Made by a program: the position numbers and the translations under genes. From an uncultured virus (IMG/VR IMGVR_UViG_3300025121_000021) (lineage: Duplodnaviria; Heunggongvirae; Uroviricota; Caudoviricetes), in IMG/VR virus record IMGVR_UViG_3300025121_000021: a DNA stretch of 64,000 bases; one strand, 5' to 3'. Positions 60,617 through 64,000 of this stretch are shown one piece after another; position 1 is the first letter of the stretch, and every line of letters starts with the position of its first letter. The notes below the pieces were generated by a model. It worked only from the letters and a program-made list of their open reading frames with translations. It did not search any database and had not been told where the DNA came from.

Positions 60617-62122
60617 ATGACTATTCAACGCCAATATTCTGGCATGATTAATAGTGCCAATGGTTATAATACCTATTCAGCTCGCTTTAAAGGGTGGAGA
60701 GAAACTACTCCTATCACTCCTAATATTGAGTTGAATGAAGGTATTCGTCCAGATTCTTTCGTGCCCGCTCCTTACCTTAAAGTCGTTCGTTATGACGACT
60801 ATACTAGGAGTTGGGTTGTAATTGGAGCCGGTAAACCGGTTTGTACAGATTCTAACAGTTTCTTAGTTCCCGCAGGTCTTCGTCGTCAAGCTCAAATGCT
60901 TTTAGATATGAGTATTGCTGGCTTGACTTTCAGCGGTGGCGCTCTCACTGGTAATACTCTCGATTTCTCGGTTGATTATGCGGGCGCAACTCTAGACCGT
61001 TATGGTGCTGATGATACTACTACTGGAATGTTAAACTCTCGTGGGGTTGTCGTTACTACCAATGAACCGGTCATTTATTCATTGTTTACTGCAGCTGCTT
61101 ACTCGGCAACACCATTAGACATTCATGCTATTGCTAATCCGTTCTCTTCGTGCCTTGGTATCGTACCTTACGATGTTAAGCAAGCCGCAGGTAGGACTAG
61201 CTCATATAATTCTTACAATCCTGCTACTTATCAATACCATAACTTAATTGAGCAAACTGCTGCTGTAGTTCTCTGTGATTACGTGATTCAACTTCCAGTT
61301 GAACCTTATAACCGTGCTCAGGCTTCATTCTGTGCATTACCCGCAGCTACTAGTGATGCTGATGTCACTTTAGATATTAGTGCTATTGGTGCTGTAGATG
61401 TCTCTATCAGCGGTTCTTTGACTGGTTATACTACTACTATTCAGTCTAGTTTTGTTGTCACCAAGAACGGAGTCCGTTTACAAGATAAGGGGTCTGCTTT
61501 AGTCGCCGGAGACGAAGATATTTATTACTATTGGACTGACGCTTCTCCTGACAAAGTTTTCTTCCTCGGAAACGCTGCTGATACCTTCTTGGTCGATTTC
61601 ATTTATCAAGTAAGTGCTACCTATAGTCAACCATATGCTGGCCTTACTACTTTCCGTGGGACTCCTACTGTCGGTGGAATGGTCACTTATGATACTACTG
61701 GCAACTTTATTATGGATCCAGATTGGAGTTTTACAGCCGCCACTGATCTCGTATATGACGGTCATCATGGTTTTGTCACGGCAACAAGTGCATTAGATGC
61801 CGGTATAGTAAGTGGAGCTTCTTTAGAAGAGTCTCTTGGAGCTGACTTTGTTCTGTTTGGAAATAGACTCAAAGCTAAATCAGCGGAAGTTTTAGGTCAG
61901 ATTCTTCGCTATGACGTAGACTTCCCCAAAGATTATCTTGATCGTGTTCGTACCGCTTTCGATCCTAATGTTAATGGTGTCGTAATTGATCCGTCAACTG
62001 GGGCCGAACGTACTGTTGATCGTATGCCCGGTAGTGCAACTGGTGGTCTACCTGCTAACGTGTATTTAGCTGGTGGCGATGCCGATACCGGAGTCGTTCA
62101 TATTAACCTCATAACCCGCTAA
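60617..62122 (+). CDS. Virion structural protein (head decoration-like)
   Basis: Thr/Ala/Gly-rich, strong SD, directly upstream of the major capsid gene. Confidence 0.55.
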   Translation: MTIQRQYSGMINSANGYNTYSARFKGWRETTPITPNIELNEGIRPDSFVPAPYLKVVRYDDYTRSWVVIGAGKPVCTDSNSFLVPAGLRRQAQMLLDMSIAGLTFSGGALTGNTLDFSVDYAGATLDRYGADDTTTGMLNSRGVVVTTNEPVIYSLFTAAAYSATPLDIHAIANPFSSCLGIVPYDVKQAAGRTSSYNSYNPATYQYHNLIEQTAAVVLCDYVIQLPVEPYNRAQASFCALPAATSDADVTLDISAIGAVDVSISGSLTGYTTTIQSSFVVTKNGVRLQDKGSALVAGDEDIYYYWTDASPDKVFFLGNAADTFLVDFIYQVSATYSQPYAGLTTFRGTPTVGGMVTYDTTGNFIMDPDWSFTAATDLVYDGHHGFVTATSALDAGIVSGASLEESLGADFVLFGNRLKAKSAEVLGQILRYDVDFPKDYLDRVRTAFDPNVNGVVIDPSTGAERTVDRMPGSATGGLPANVYLAGGDADTGVVHINLITR

Positions 62123-62134
62123 TAGGAGGAGTAA

Positions 62135-63481
62135 ATGGATAAGAGTTTTAAAGTAACTATTAGCGACAAAGTAGCCGTATATTCTGATGACAAAGTTCTA
62201 CAGAATTTAGCGCGCAAAGAAACCAAAGGCGAAAACGGTAAATTAGTTGCTAAAGATGCTAACAAAGTTTATGAAGATCGCGTTGAATGGTGTTCACACC
62301 TATTCAGGAATGATGGTCTTTCTCCCGAAGGGGAATATGTTCCTATCACCGACGCTTTAAATGCTCAAGATGCTTCAATCGTTTTCCCGAAAACTATTGT
62401 AAATCTTGCTCGTGAAGCTCAGGAACCCCTTTTAATTGGTACTGCTCTTCTTGACCGTATCCAATGGAAACCAGGTATGCAGGTATTTTTACCTAATGCT
62501 ATTGGTGCTCTTGGCGGCGTAAAGAGAATGGCAGACATGGAAGAATATCCAGAAGTCAGCCTCCAGATGGGTGGCGGAACTGTATTTGATAGTATTGGGA
62601 AATTCGGCTTAGCTGTTAAATTCTCCGATGAAATGCTTCGTTATTCGCAGTACGATATTATTGCTATGCATATCCGTGCTGTGGGTCGTGCCTTCGCTCG
62701 CGCGAAAGAATCAAATATTTTTGCCATGATTTCGAGTCTGGGTGAAACGGTATTCGATAATGCCACTCCAGCTAGTTCAGTATTTGGTATCACTACTGGC
62801 CGTGGCCTTACTGGCTCAGCCAATGGTTCTTTAACTGTTGATGACTTATTTGACGCTTATACTCATTTAGTCAGCAAAGGTTATAGTCCCGATACTTTAC
62901 TTATGCATCCTCTTACTTGGAACATGTTTATGCGTGATCCTATTATGCGTATGATGATGCTAAATTCAGGTGGCGGAACTTATTTCGCTACTTATAATGG
63001 TTCCTTCTCAAATACTAATCCTTGGGGCAGCCAACCTGCTAATGGTATTGGTATGGGTCGCGGAACTATGATTAATCCTAATTATAGTGAAGTCGAGAAT
63101 TACAGTCAGAACCTAACCAGTGCTCCTGTTCTTCCTTCTTACTTCCCGTTCCCGTTGCGCATTGTTGTTTCTCCGTTTGTAACTCATGATCCTATCCGTG
63201 ATCTCACTGAGATTTATCTCTTTGAGTCAGGAGAATTAGGTGTCATTCTTCAAGACGAAGAACTCACTAGCCAACAGTGGGAAGATCCTGCTCGTGATAT
63301 TCAAAAGATTAAATTCCGTGAAAGATATAATCTTATGATTAAAAATGAGGGTCAGGCTGTCGCTACTTTTGCCAACATCAAAGTTATTGCTAACCAGGTA
63401 GTTCTACCTGCTCAGGCTCAGATTGAAGTTGGTTCGGGTGCTTCAATTGACGAACTTGATCTCCGTACTGCTGTGGTATAA
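62135..63481 (+). CDS. Major capsid protein (HK97-type)
   Basis: KFGLAVKFSDEM, PDTLLMHP, IKFRERY; AGGAGG SD; followed by a terminator. Confidence 0.8.
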   Translation: MDKSFKVTISDKVAVYSDDKVLQNLARKETKGENGKLVAKDANKVYEDRVEWCSHLFRNDGLSPEGEYVPITDALNAQDASIVFPKTIVNLAREAQEPLLIGTALLDRIQWKPGMQVFLPNAIGALGGVKRMADMEEYPEVSLQMGGGTVFDSIGKFGLAVKFSDEMLRYSQYDIIAMHIRAVGRAFARAKESNIFAMISSLGETVFDNATPASSVFGITTGRGLTGSANGSLTVDDLFDAYTHLVSKGYSPDTLLMHPLTWNMFMRDPIMRMMMLNSGGGTYFATYNGSFSNTNPWGSQPANGIGMGRGTMINPNYSEVENYSQNLTSAPVLPSYFPFPLRIVVSPFVTHDPIRDLTEIYLFESGELGVILQDEELTSQQWEDPARDIQKIKFRERYNLMIKNEGQAVATFANIKVIANQVVLPAQAQIEVGSGASIDELDLRTAVV

Positions 63482-63506
63482 TACCCCTAGGTAAGTGACT
63501 CTAGAT

Positions 63507-63542
63507 GGGGAGGGGGGACTTGCTTCCTCCTCCCCTTTTTTT
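63507..63542 (+). terminator. Intrinsic terminator after the capsid gene
   Basis: GGGGAGGGGG-loop-TCCTCCTCCCC followed by T7. Confidence 0.8.
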
Positions 63543-63553
63543 ATGGGGGAAAA

Positions 63554-64000
63554 ATGAATCGAATTCTCATTTGTTTGAAAGAGCCTCCTTTGTGGGCTCC
63601 AAGACCAGTGTACGATAAATCTTGGTCTGATCTAGCAAAAAAATGTTTATTAACAATGTCTAATCCGGGTCCCATTGAATTAGATTTAGATGATATTCCC
63701 GCTGAATTACTTAGACAGGTACAACAGGGTTTAAAAGAAGGTGTCTTAACCTCTGATACGGAAATCGCAAAAGTTTTAGAAAGTGATTTGCAAAAAATTA
63801 AGAAGCAAAAACAAAATATGTTTCTTACTGCAGAGCATAAAGCAAAAGCAGAAGAATTAATAAATAATTCATTAGGTAAATTAAAGAGGCTTATCCGAGA
63901 TTTAGTAGATAATGACGAACTTATGGTTTTGCGTTGCATGTTAGATCTTGAACGTAAAAATCGCGCGCGCAAGACTGTCGTTTCCTTACTTATGAAAGCA
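63554..64000 (+). CDS. Hypothetical protein, truncated by the window end
   Basis: MNRILICLKEPPLW... open to the end of the window. Confidence 0.6.
   Translation, partial: MNRILICLKEPPLWAPRPVYDKSWSDLAKKCLLTMSNPGPIELDLDDIPAELLRQVQQGLKEGVLTSDTEIAKVLESDLQKIKKQKQNMFLTAEHKAKAEELINNSLGKLKRLIRDLVDNDELMVLRCMLDLERKNRARKTVVSLLMKA

Noticed and set aside
63541..63972. Minus-strand 143-aa ORF at the right end
   Set aside because: Antisense to the plus-strand ORF starting at 63554, which continues the structural gene run.

Overview
This window is a segment of a large, AT-rich tailed (probably jumbo) dsDNA phage genome with two divergent halves. Positions 1-44.6 kb (minus strand) hold early and accessory genes: a divergent two-barrel RNA polymerase, ClpP, an RNA ligase, a kinase, a deaminase, tRNAs and tRNA-like elements, many small ORFs and a ~3260-aa multidomain protein. 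Positions 45.2-64 kb (plus strand) hold the packaging and head module: terminase, portal, prohead protease/scaffold and major capsid. Four observations stand out. (1) The giant ORF looks like a polyprotein: an exact SEGH tetrapeptide occurs 8 times, and where domains are recognisable (DUF1653, GNAT, CCA-adding/HD, PcfJ-like, HExxH peptidase) it sits at their edges, suggesting a processing signal. (2) Twelve dispersed DUF1566/Lcl C-type-lectin-like paralogs are present, and at least four end in variable regions with the adenine-mutagenesis signature of a diversity-generating retroelement (DGR). No template repeat or reverse transcriptase was seen in the window. (3) A 284-nt structured RNA next to tRNA-His reproduces the 23S rRNA GTPase-associated centre (uL11-binding H43/H44) around a ~210-nt insertion. 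(4) A 67-nt RNA resembles a minimal tmRNA tRNA-like domain. All calls come from motif reading by eye; no database searches or folding programs were run.
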